From Thainema sp. (GTDB lineage Bacteria; Cyanobacteriota; Cyanobacteriia; Phormidesmidales; Phormidesmidaceae): a stretch of DNA of 64,000 nt. Under the pieces are notes generated by a model. The model made no database searches, was not told where the DNA came from, and saw only the letters and a list, made by a program, of their open reading frames with translations. The translations under genes were made by a program, and so were the position numbers. Location of the stretch: NCBI GenBank assembly GCA_052168235.1, contig JBQLZK010000001.1, forward strand, positions 32,001 to 96,000, read 5' to 3'. Below, piece after piece: positions 1-11,754 of this stretch (its first letter is position 1; each line of letters starts with the position of its first letter).

Positions 1-2
1 CA

Positions 3-965
3 GGTTTTACGATTTTCTTTGTTCTGTCTACGCTGCATCAAAACTGGCAAGAGGTGACCACGCTTGAAATTAGCCAGGCCGGATGGTTGGCTTTATTTGT
101 AGCCTTTGGGGTCATTCTGTTTGCATTGATTTGGTCAGGCTGGGTGTGGAGTTGGATCTTCCTTGATTTTAATCAATTGGTGGGGGGAACGTGGAGCGTT
201 CCTGTCTATGTCAAAACAAATTTAGCGAAGTATATTCCGGGCAACGTTTGGCATTTTTATGGTCGAATTACGGCGGCAAAGGCTGTGGGGATTCCGCTTG
301 GGACATCAATGTTGAGTGTTCTCTTTGAACCAATGTTGATGGCTGCGGCTGCGCTATTGGTTGCCTCTAGTATTCACGCAAGCAAGATTGGCCTGTGGTA
401 TCTGGTCTCGATTGGCATCTTAGTCGGGCTGCATCCTAAAATTGTTAATCATGTTCTTTTTTATCTAAAGCGGGTAAAAGAGCGGAAGTCGCCGATTCAG
501 GGTGATTTCGACAACTTTATCCGACTTCACCGTTATCCTTGGCGTCCACTGTTGGGAGAAGTGGGCTTTATCGTGCTGCGGGGAGTAGGATTTTGTTTGA
601 TCTTTATTTCGCTGTATTCGGTTGAATGGGATCAGTTTCCTGTCTTGCTGGCTAGTTTTAGTTTGGCTTGGCTAGTCGGATTTATTGTGCCAGGTGCGCC
701 GGGTGGAATTGGTGTATTTGAGGCCATATCGATTTGGTTGCTGAGGCCGATATTTCCCATTGGTACAATCTTAGGCGCGATCGCACTTCATCGATTTATC
801 AGCGTCATGGCCGAGATTTGTGGTGCGGGTATAGTTTTCCTTGATGAATACTGGAATGACCGTACAACACAAATCTCATCTCAGATTCCAATTAACCCGA
901 TCAAGCGGCCTGATCTTTCCGCTGAATCACCTGACTCGGATAATCCCAATCGACCACTTCCCTGA
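3..965 (+). CDS. Lysylphosphatidylglycerol synthase TM / UPF0104 (YbhN-like flippase-like) membrane protein, 5'-truncated by the window edge
   Basis: Frame is open from position 3. Multiple TM segments; family motifs 'NLAKYIPGNVWH' and 'PGAPGGIGVFEA'; adjacent to a GT2 gene. Confidence 0.75.
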   Translation, partial: GFTIFFVLSTLHQNWQEVTTLEISQAGWLALFVAFGVILFALIWSGWVWSWIFLDFNQLVGGTWSVPVYVKTNLAKYIPGNVWHFYGRITAAKAVGIPLGTSMLSVLFEPMLMAAAALLVASSIHASKIGLWYLVSIGILVGLHPKIVNHVLFYLKRVKERKSPIQGDFDNFIRLHRYPWRPLLGEVGFIVLRGVGFCLIFISLYSVEWDQFPVLLASFSLAWLVGFIVPGAPGGIGVFEAISIWLLRPIFPIGTILGAIALHRFISVMAEICGAGIVFLDEYWNDRTTQISSQIPINPIKRPDLSAESPDSDNPNRPLP

Positions 966-1267
966 GGCGAACTTTGTTCTGCCGTCATTCTGCTTTGTCC
1001 TTTGTAAGAAGGAGTTTGGGACGATCAGAGTTGATTACGTTTTGTCGAACTGATGCGATCGCATCCTTCTCACATCAGTACTCTCGCAGCAATCTTCTAC
1101 GTAGTTGTTCCCGATCGGTCTACTAGTTATAGCTTAAGCATATAAAAACAATGTAATTTGGCAATGGGTGGACTTAAAGGAACTGTAATTTTACAGAGAT
1201 TCTCCTTTGCAGGTCTGAAAGTTACATGCATATATAGGAGAAGTCTACCTACACAAGTTGTAATAGC

Positions 1268-2251
1268 ATGCTGGCTCCTAATCTTATGCGGCCCGATATC
1301 TCGATTGTCGTTCCGATTTATAACGAAGTTGAAAGTATTCCACATCTTGTTGATGCGATCGCATCCAGTGTACGAAACCAGAATATTAGTTACGAAATTG
1401 TCTGTGTAGATGACGGTTCATCTGATGGTTCAACGGAAGTGTTGCGCTCGATGGCACGGGAGCGGGATGACCTCCGAGCCATCCTGTTGCGGCGTAATTA
1501 CGGTCAAACGCCTGCAATGGCGGCTGGATTTCAATACGCTCAGGGCAACATCATTGTCACAATGGACGGTGATTTGCAGAACGACCCAACCGACATTCCC
1601 CGCCTACTAGACAAGATTTATGAAGGTTACGATTTAGTTAGCGGCTGGCGCAAAGAGCGTCAGGACGATGCGTTGACGCGTCTGTTGCCTTCTAAAATTG
1701 CCAACTGGATTATTGGTCGCGTTACCGGCGTCAAGCTGCATGACTATGGCTGTTCTCTGAAAGCCTATCGTGCCGAACTCGTTGCAGACATGAATCTCTA
1801 TGGAGAGCTACACCGCTTTTTGCCAGCGCTAGCCTTCATTGAAGGAGCAAGAATTACGGAAATGCCCGTGCGCCACCATGCCCGTCGATTTGGCAGCAGC
1901 AAATATGGCCTCGGTCGCACGTTCCGCGTGGTCATGGACTTGCTGACCATCTTCTTCATGAAGAAGTTTTTAACCCGTCCCATGCACGTCTTTGGTATTG
2001 CAGGTTTAGGATCGCTGGTGGTGGGTACGCTAATTGGTATTTATCTCACTATCCTCAAATTGGGCTTTGGCCAGTCGATTGGCGATCGCCCCTTACTGAT
2101 CTTGGCCGTTTTGATGGTTGTAGCTGGTATCCAAATTTTCTGTTTTGGCTTACTGGCAGAATTGCTTATGCGGACCTATCACGAGTCCCAGAATCGCCCG
2201 ATTTATCGCGTGCGTGAGGTGATTGAAGGTGTCCGGACATCTGTTAAGTAG
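1268..2251 (+). CDS. Glycosyltransferase family 2, polyprenol-phosphate glycosyltransferase (ArnC/GtrB-like)
   Basis: 'SIVVPIYNE', 'VDDGSSDG', 'RNYGQ', 'MDGDLQNDP' motifs and two C-terminal TM helices. Confidence 0.9.
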   Translation: MLAPNLMRPDISIVVPIYNEVESIPHLVDAIASSVRNQNISYEIVCVDDGSSDGSTEVLRSMARERDDLRAILLRRNYGQTPAMAAGFQYAQGNIIVTMDGDLQNDPTDIPRLLDKIYEGYDLVSGWRKERQDDALTRLLPSKIANWIIGRVTGVKLHDYGCSLKAYRAELVADMNLYGELHRFLPALAFIEGARITEMPVRHHARRFGSSKYGLGRTFRVVMDLLTIFFMKKFLTRPMHVFGIAGLGSLVVGTLIGIYLTILKLGFGQSIGDRPLLILAVLMVVAGIQIFCFGLLAELLMRTYHESQNRPIYRVREVIEGVRTSVK

Positions 2252-2349
2252 CAGCTTGGTGGGCACATCTTGAGCAGCTACAGCATCCTATTGCAACAAC
2301 CAACCTGACAGACACTAGATTTTTGCAGCTAACTGCTAATCTACCTGGG

Positions 2350-2385
2350 GAGCCTGGCGAGGACGTTGAACTCGCAGGCTCTTTT
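2350..2385 (+). terminator. Possible intrinsic terminator after the GT2 gene
   Basis: GAGCCTG-GCGAG...CTCGCAGGCTC stem followed by TTTT. Confidence 0.4.
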
Positions 2386-2519
2386 ACTGCATTAATGGCG
2401 AATTGATAGCGATGTTCAAGGTTCTAACCGTATCGTAAGGAGCGAATTGAATCTGGGAAGACTAAGAGAACTTACTGAGAAACCTGCTTCTCTGTGTTCC
2501 CATACGTTACGTCTTCATC

Positions 2520-3929
2520 ATGAATATGAATCGCCGTCAATTTATTGCTTTGGCTGTATTGTCTGCGCTCCTGACAAATTGCCGCAATTCCTCTAGGCAA
2601 CTTGAGCAAAATACCAGTCCGGATCATTCAGCTAATCCAGGCACGACTCATTCAGAGGCTACAGGTTTTGATTGGCGACGCTTTGAGGGTGCAGAGATTA
2701 CGCTATTTCTTGATGATCATCCTTGGACAGATGGAGTCCGTCCCTATCTCAAGGATTTTGAGGCGTTAACTGGCATTAAACCCAACCTGCAAGTTGTGCC
2801 AGAACCAGCTTATTTCGAAGAAATGGAGACAGCAATTCGGGGAAATCCATCGCTTGCAGATGTCTATTTTCTGCCCGTTGATTCTACGGCGTTCCGGCAG
2901 TGGAAGAATGATGTGGTGCGTCCACTCACGCCGTTTATCAGTGATGCGAGCCTAACAGCCTCGGATTATGATCTACTGGATTTTCCGGAAGGATTCCGCA
3001 TTGCAGGCATGTACCCGCCAGCTAGCCCAGACGCCCAACTGTATGGGATTCCAGCTACGTTTGAAGCGTATATTCTTTTCTATAACAAGGATCTCGTTGC
3101 TCAGTATCTTGATGGTAAGGTGCCTCAAACGATGCCAGAGCTGGTTACTGCCGCGCAGCAGATCAACCGGGCTGGCAACGGGCAGGTATTTGGTGCGGTG
3201 ATGCGGGGCATCCGGTCGGATGCCATTATTGATACGGTCACTGGCTTGGTGTTGAACAGTTGGGGGCAAGACCCGACACCTCTGCCCTATAACGTTTGGT
3301 TTAACAATGACTGGTCCAAGCCTCGGCTGAATGAGCAGCGGATTACAGAGGGGCTGACGTATTATGCTCAACTAATGCAGGCTGGGCCACCGAATATTCA
3401 ATCGATTGACTGGCCAGACGCCAATCAGCTTTTCCAAGATGGCAAAGTGGCTTTTTTTATTGATGCTAGTTTGTTTGGCCCCAGCTATGAGAACTCAGAG
3501 TCATCGAAAGTTGCAGGGAAAGTTGGCTATTCAACGCTACCAGCAACCGATCGGGGGTCGCTGACTGGTCACTGGCTGTGGGGTTTGGGTATTCCAAGCG
3601 GGGCGGCTCAACCTGAGGCGGCTTGGTACTTTATCCAATGGGCCACCAGTCAAGCGATGGAACCCAAAATTGGGATGAAAACGGGTGGTGCGCCTCGTCT
3701 TTCAACTTGGCTGAATAATGTGGACTACGCCAATGCGATGAATCCAGAATATGCGCTGGCCGTACAAACGGCGATGCAAACGTCCCGACCAACAGTAGTG
3801 TTTCGAGATAACTGGAGTGAAATGGCCTTTGCGATCGCAGATGCCATTCAGTCCATCTATGCGGGTGAAGCGCCTGCAACCGTTACCCAAACCCTCCAGC
3901 AGCAAATTGCCCTACTTGCCCAAGGATAA
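2520..3929 (+). CDS. Extracellular solute-binding lipoprotein (sugar ABC SBP family 1 type) with twin-arginine signal
   Basis: 'NRRQFI' Tat motif and 'LLTNC' lipobox; SBP_bac_1-like motifs 'LFYNKDL', 'FQDGKVAF', 'AAWYFIQWATS'. Confidence 0.85.
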   Translation: MNMNRRQFIALAVLSALLTNCRNSSRQLEQNTSPDHSANPGTTHSEATGFDWRRFEGAEITLFLDDHPWTDGVRPYLKDFEALTGIKPNLQVVPEPAYFEEMETAIRGNPSLADVYFLPVDSTAFRQWKNDVVRPLTPFISDASLTASDYDLLDFPEGFRIAGMYPPASPDAQLYGIPATFEAYILFYNKDLVAQYLDGKVPQTMPELVTAAQQINRAGNGQVFGAVMRGIRSDAIIDTVTGLVLNSWGQDPTPLPYNVWFNNDWSKPRLNEQRITEGLTYYAQLMQAGPPNIQSIDWPDANQLFQDGKVAFFIDASLFGPSYENSESSKVAGKVGYSTLPATDRGSLTGHWLWGLGIPSGAAQPEAAWYFIQWATSQAMEPKIGMKTGGAPRLSTWLNNVDYANAMNPEYALAVQTAMQTSRPTVVFRDNWSEMAFAIADAIQSIYAGEAPATVTQTLQQQIALLAQG

Positions 3930-6016
3930 TGAAAGCCCTCTTCTATCAATTGCGAGCCTTGACTTCGATTCGGACTCAAATGCTGTTGGGGTTTGGGGCG
4001 ATTCTGCTGTTTAACGGCATTAGCACTGCCATTGGCTACCTGAGCCTCCAGCGTTTGAAAACCAGTGCCCAAACCAATCTGGAATACGCCGCCCAGATCC
4101 GAGAACTCAGCCTGGAAATTCGTAATGAATTTCTGATTGCCCGCCAGTATGAAGAATCGTTTTTGAACCGCTGGCGCACGGCAGAATTTCAAGAGCAAGC
4201 CAGCAGCTTTGTAGACACCAATCAGCAATATTTGAGTCAGTCTAGAGACAAGATCGATCAGTTAGAAGCAATTTCCCACGACACCGAGGCGTTTGCCGCT
4301 GAAATTGATCAGTTACGGTCACTCCTCAACAACTACGAATCTGCTTTTCAGGCCACTTTGGCGCGGATTAAAACCGACCATACCAATCTTGGATTTGAAC
4401 AGAGTCTAGACGATAGGGCGCAAGCCATCCAGCGCCAAATCCAGAGCCAAAATAATCCGCAACTGCAAAGTTTGTTCTGGCAAATTGTGGCTAGCGAACA
4501 AGCTTACTTCAATACGGGCGATCAGCAGCATGTGGATAATGTGCGGCTAGTGGGTAATCGGCTCAAACGGTTGGCGACTACGACGGGTGATCCGGCCACA
4601 GGCCAACTGGTTGAAAGTATCAATCGCTATCTTGCCGATTTTGATCAGATTGTGACGCTGGATCAGCGAGTGCAGGTCAATACGCTGCTGTCGCAAAGTG
4701 TGACCCAGGAAATTGACCAGCTAACCCAGCAGATTAGCGATCAAAGTCAGCTCGGTGTTGAACAGGCCCGCAACCAGCTCCAGCAAATTGCCATTCAAAG
4801 CCGCATTGCGCTGCTGACGACCGCAGTGTTAGCCTTTACAGTGGCCGGACTAGCGAGCTTGCTGCTGACGCGGCGGATTCTGCGTCCGCTGAACCAACTT
4901 GCGATCGCAGCTCAGCAGATGGGCGAGGGCAAACTGCACACTCGGGTTGACATGGCCGGAGATGATGAATTTGCCGTGGTGGCGCAAATCTTTAACCAGA
5001 TGGCGGCTCAGCTCCAGAGTACGCTGGAAGATTTGGAGCAGCGCGTTCGCGATCGCACCCTCCAGCTATCGCAGACCAATCATGCTCTGAAAGAGAAAAC
5101 TGAGTATTTAGAAAAGACACTGCATGAACTGCAGCAGATTCAACTGCAGCTAATTCAAAGCGAAAAAATGTCGAGTTTGGGACAGTTAGTCGCCGGGGTG
5201 GCCCACGAAATCAATAACCCGGTCAACTTTATCCACGGCAATCTAGCGTATTTGGATGAATATGCCAATAATCTGGCCTTTGTCTTGAATCGCTATCAGG
5301 AGCGGTTTCCAGATCCAGGCGAAGATATTGCCCAACTCTTAGATGAATATGACGTAGAGTTCATTCAGCAGGATTTGAATAAACTGTTAACATCCATGCA
5401 GGTTGGCACCGATCGGATCAAAGAAATTGTCTTGTCTCTGCGCAATTTTTCTCGCTTGGATGAATCTGAATCCAAATCTGTTGATCTACATCAGGGCTTA
5501 GATAGCACACTCCTCATTCTGCAAAACCGCCTAAAGGGCAACTCTCATCGTCCCCAAATTGAGGTGATCAAAGAATACGGTAATCTGCCAGCAATTAGCT
5601 GCTATCCTGGTCCGCTGAATCAGGTGTTTATGAATCTCCTCGCCAACGCGATCGATGCGCTAGACGAAAAATTTGCCGAGACGCAGGCTCCAGATCCCAG
5701 TTCAGAACCACCGACTATTCGCATTTATACATCCGTTATCCATGAGCATCAGGGCAATCAGCCGTCGCAGCCTTTTGTGCTGATTCAAATGGCCGACAAT
5801 GCAGGTGGCATGCCGCCCCACGTTCAGGCTCACCTGTTCGATCCGTTCTTCACCACTAAACCCGTGGGACAGGGCACAGGTTTGGGATTATCAATTAGCT
5901 ATCAAATCATTACCGAGCAGCATCATGGTCAGCTCCGCTGTCAGTCAACCGTTGGTGAAGGTACACAGTTTAGTATCTTGCTACCCTTTGAGGACAGTGG
6001 GTCTGACGTTGGCTAA
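3929..6016 (+). CDS. Membrane sensor histidine kinase (2 TM, large helical periplasmic domain, HAMP, HisKA, HATPase)
   Basis: H-box 'AGVAHEINNP', N-box 'NLLANAIDA', 'FDPFFTTKPVGQGTGLGL'; HAMP 'RPLNQL...DDEFAVVAQIFNQM'. ATG overlaps the upstream stop (TAATG). Confidence 0.92.
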   Translation: MKALFYQLRALTSIRTQMLLGFGAILLFNGISTAIGYLSLQRLKTSAQTNLEYAAQIRELSLEIRNEFLIARQYEESFLNRWRTAEFQEQASSFVDTNQQYLSQSRDKIDQLEAISHDTEAFAAEIDQLRSLLNNYESAFQATLARIKTDHTNLGFEQSLDDRAQAIQRQIQSQNNPQLQSLFWQIVASEQAYFNTGDQQHVDNVRLVGNRLKRLATTTGDPATGQLVESINRYLADFDQIVTLDQRVQVNTLLSQSVTQEIDQLTQQISDQSQLGVEQARNQLQQIAIQSRIALLTTAVLAFTVAGLASLLLTRRILRPLNQLAIAAQQMGEGKLHTRVDMAGDDEFAVVAQIFNQMAAQLQSTLEDLEQRVRDRTLQLSQTNHALKEKTEYLEKTLHELQQIQLQLIQSEKMSSLGQLVAGVAHEINNPVNFIHGNLAYLDEYANNLAFVLNRYQERFPDPGEDIAQLLDEYDVEFIQQDLNKLLTSMQVGTDRIKEIVLSLRNFSRLDESESKSVDLHQGLDSTLLILQNRLKGNSHRPQIEVIKEYGNLPAISCYPGPLNQVFMNLLANAIDALDEKFAETQAPDPSSEPPTIRIYTSVIHEHQGNQPSQPFVLIQMADNAGGMPPHVQAHLFDPFFTTKPVGQGTGLGLSISYQIITEQHHGQLRCQSTVGEGTQFSILLPFEDSGSDVG

Positions 6017-8215
6017 CAACGCTTCAGCTTCGGCAACGTTGAGGGGACGAGCAAATAGATAACCCTGGCCAAATTCGCAGCCCAACTGCTGGAGTTGCTG
6101 AAGCTGTTCATCAAGCTCGATTCCTTCTGCGGTCACGTCCATCCCTAGCGTATGCGCAAGGGCCGTAATCGCTCGCACAATCTCAAAGCTGTCGGGATCA
6201 ACGTGCATCCGACTGACAAAGGAACGGTCGATTTTGAGGTTATTAATTGGAAATCGACTTAGGTAGCCAAGAGACGAATAGCCAGTGCCAAAGTCGTCAA
6301 TACTGATTTGAATATGTCGCTGGCGAATTTGCTGCAGCGTTGCGATAGTCGCTTCTGTATGCTGCATGAGCGTACTTTCGGTAATCTCCAGCCGCAGCGT
6401 TTCTCCCGATAGACCAACATCTTGCAAAATTGCATCCAGTGTTTTGACCAGTGTGGGTTCGCATACTTGCTGACTGGCAACATTGATGTTGAGTTTGAGC
6501 TGATGATAGCCGTTAAACTGCTGTTGCCACTGATGAATCTGACGGCAAGCCTGCTGCAAAATCCAATTTCCTAATGGGATAATCAAACCTGTTTCTTCGG
6601 CAATGGTAATAAATTCGTCCGGTCGGATCATGCCTTCTAGCGGATGCTGCCAGCGCACCAGCGCCTCGAATCCCAAGATAGACTGGTCGTTGAGCGAGAT
6701 AATCGGTTGGTAGTGGAGCTGAAATTCCTGGCGTTCTAGGCCAAGCCGCAGATCATTTTCAAGCTGTAGCCGCCGCATGGTTTGGGCATACATCTCTTGG
6801 TTAAACAGCTCGTAGCCGGACAGGTGAGTTTCTTTGGCTCGATACATGGCAATATCTGCATCGCGCAGTAAATCGGAGGCAGAGGGGTATCGATCTGTCG
6901 CCATTACAATGCCAATACTAGAGCGGATAAAAACGGTATTGCCATTAATCTCGATGGGTTGACTCAATTCGGCCCGAATCCGCTCAACCCAGTGAATTGC
7001 GTCAGAGGTACTGCGAATTTCGTCTAATAAAATGGTGAATTCGTCCCCTCCCAAGCGAGCCACAGTATCGGCTGGTCGAATGCACTGCAGCAGCCGATTC
7101 GCTACTTCGATTAACAGACAGTCTCCGGCTCTGTGCCCCAAGCTGTCATTTACAACTTTGAACCGATCCAAATCAATGAACAGGATGGCGAAGGTGTAAT
7201 CTGGATGGCTCTTTTTGCGGCGGAGGGCCCGTTCAATGCGCTCGATAAAAAGCGTGCGATTGGGGAGTTGGGTCAACGCATCGTGGAGTGCATCGTGGAT
7301 GAGCTGCTGTTCGACTCGTTTGCGATCGCTAATATCAGAAATAATCCCCTCGATTCGAATGGGCGTTTCGCTATCGGCGATCACCAGTCGGCTCCGATTT
7401 CTGACCCAGCGAATTCCGCCATCGGAGCCGAGAATGCGATGTTCAATATCAAGATTGCCTCGCACGGTGAGGGCTTTGATAGATTCCTGCACCTCGGCTC
7501 GGTCATCCGGATGGATCACCTCGAACCAGAGAGCGGGATTCGTCAGGAAGTCTTTGACTGGACGTTGATAGACCGTGGCGGCAGCGGGATTGAGATAGAG
7601 TACGTGAAACGGCTCAAAGGAGGCCGACCAGATTACGTCCTGAAGCGTGTTTAAGATTCCCTCGAGTCGTTCTTCGCTGGCCTTGAGCTGCTGATTGACC
7701 GCTTGAAGCTGCTGCGTGCGCTGCTGCACACGTTGCTCTAGTTCGTTGTTTAGCTGATCGAGTTTGGTTTGAGCCAGTTTTAGCTCAAGTTGGTTTTTGA
7801 TGCGAGCCAGGACTTCCTCCACTTGAAACGGTTTAGTGATGTAGTCTGCGCCACCGACCGAAAACGCTTTGACTTTGTCAAATGCAGCATCTGACGCACT
7901 AATGAAGATCACAGGAACGGCTTGAGTTCTGGGATCAGCCTTCAACCGCTGACAAATGGTATAGCCGTCCATATCCGGCATCCGGATATCCAGCAGAATC
8001 AAATCGGGCATTTCTGCTGCCATTGCCTGGAAGGCGATTGGCCCACTTTTAGCGCAGCGCACGTCATATTGGTGTCCGGCAAGCGCCGCCGATAAGGCCC
8101 GCAAATTGTCAGGAGAATCGTCAATGACCAGGATCTTCTGTCCGCTGGGTGCTGGGGCTAGATCGCTGTTTCCGTTTAGGTTGTGATGAGCGGTATCAGG
8201 AATGAAGTGATGCAT
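5981..8215 (-). CDS. Response-regulator diguanylate cyclase/phosphodiesterase (REC-PAS-GGDEF-EAL)
   Basis: REC 'ILVIDD...LLDIRMP...KPF', PAS 'IHPDDR', intact GGDEF with RxxD (RPAD), EAL 'FEALVRW' and 'DDFGTGYSS'. Start moved to ATG 8215 because the longer ORF overlaps the next gene. Confidence 0.9.
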   Translation of the reverse strand: MHHFIPDTAHHNLNGNSDLAPAPSGQKILVIDDSPDNLRALSAALAGHQYDVRCAKSGPIAFQAMAAEMPDLILLDIRMPDMDGYTICQRLKADPRTQAVPVIFISASDAAFDKVKAFSVGGADYITKPFQVEEVLARIKNQLELKLAQTKLDQLNNELEQRVQQRTQQLQAVNQQLKASEERLEGILNTLQDVIWSASFEPFHVLYLNPAAATVYQRPVKDFLTNPALWFEVIHPDDRAEVQESIKALTVRGNLDIEHRILGSDGGIRWVRNRSRLVIADSETPIRIEGIISDISDRKRVEQQLIHDALHDALTQLPNRTLFIERIERALRRKKSHPDYTFAILFIDLDRFKVVNDSLGHRAGDCLLIEVANRLLQCIRPADTVARLGGDEFTILLDEIRSTSDAIHWVERIRAELSQPIEINGNTVFIRSSIGIVMATDRYPSASDLLRDADIAMYRAKETHLSGYELFNQEMYAQTMRRLQLENDLRLGLERQEFQLHYQPIISLNDQSILGFEALVRWQHPLEGMIRPDEFITIAEETGLIIPLGNWILQQACRQIHQWQQQFNGYHQLKLNINVASQQVCEPTLVKTLDAILQDVGLSGETLRLEITESTLMQHTEATIATLQQIRQRHIQISIDDFGTGYSSLGYLSRFPINNLKIDRSFVSRMHVDPDSFEIVRAITALAHTLGMDVTAEGIELDEQLQQLQQLGCEFGQGYLFARPLNVAEAEALLANVRPTVLKG

Positions 8216-8342
8216 AAACCCTAATCGTGTAAGCAAAAAGTATGCCGAATTTGCTGGTGCAAGTTGTGCTGGGGAGGCGCTGAAGCTTGAGTTAGCTGGA
8301 TGATTTGTGATGATTTGTGCCCGGTTGGACGCATAGACTGGA

Positions 8343-10994
<2,652 letters not shown>

Positions 10995-11590
10995 GGTTTG
11001 ACTGTAGCCAAGAGAATTCAAGTGGCTTAGGCTTAAAATACCCTTCAGCCAAAGCAAAACGATTAAAACTGTGTAAATTTCTCTCCGCTCTTGGCGCTTA
11101 ATTGGCTGCGATATTGTGAAGATGTGTGGGGACAGGACGACAAGCGCGATCGCACCTGGAACGATCGAGACAGGACAGGGTGTATCGGGTGCCAAGATTA
11201 AAATCGGCATAGAGCAAAACAGCTCGTTTTAGGACTTCATCGCTGTCTGCATGTGGCAGTTATAAGAGTGACCCCTCTACCTGTAAATGAGGGAACTTCA
11301 GTGGTTTTGAGTGTCGTCAAACTATCTACAGGGCACGTGACGACTGCATCTACTTTTGCTCAAATCCATCGCATCTCAATGAATGATTCATATCAAGTCG
11401 AGTGAAAAACCGTCATTCGTTTTTGTGAGAAGTTGACCGATTAATTATTCACAAAAACGAGTCAAGTTCGGCACCTGTACTGGATATCAATCTCAATTTT
11501 GGTTCATCAAATAAAATCCGAGCGCCAGATATTGATTCAGCTAAACGGTTGCGATCGCATCGTTTGGGGTCAAGCTAGCACGCTTGATTC

Positions 11591-11632
11591 GGGCTGATCT
11601 GGACTAAATCCGGACTAAATCTGGACTGATCT
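11591..11632. repeat. Four imperfect 10-11 bp tandem direct repeats (GG(A/G)CT(A/G)A(A)TC(T/C)) upstream of hetF
   Basis: gggctgatct / ggactaaatcc / ggactaaatct / ggactgatct read directly from the sequence. Confidence 0.7.
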
Positions 11633-11754
11633 AGATTCACCGAGAAACGCATTCGGTATTCATACAAAGTCCGAGTAAAACCGTGCTTTATTTTCATAGA
11701 AATAAAGCGTTTTTTACACACGGACTTGATACAAGCCGTCAGGAGATCCGCATT

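Noticed and set aside
10995..11210. Extended N-terminus of the CHASE4 kinase ORF
   Set aside because: ATG 10994 directly precedes the first TM helix; the extension looks like open frame in the promoter region.
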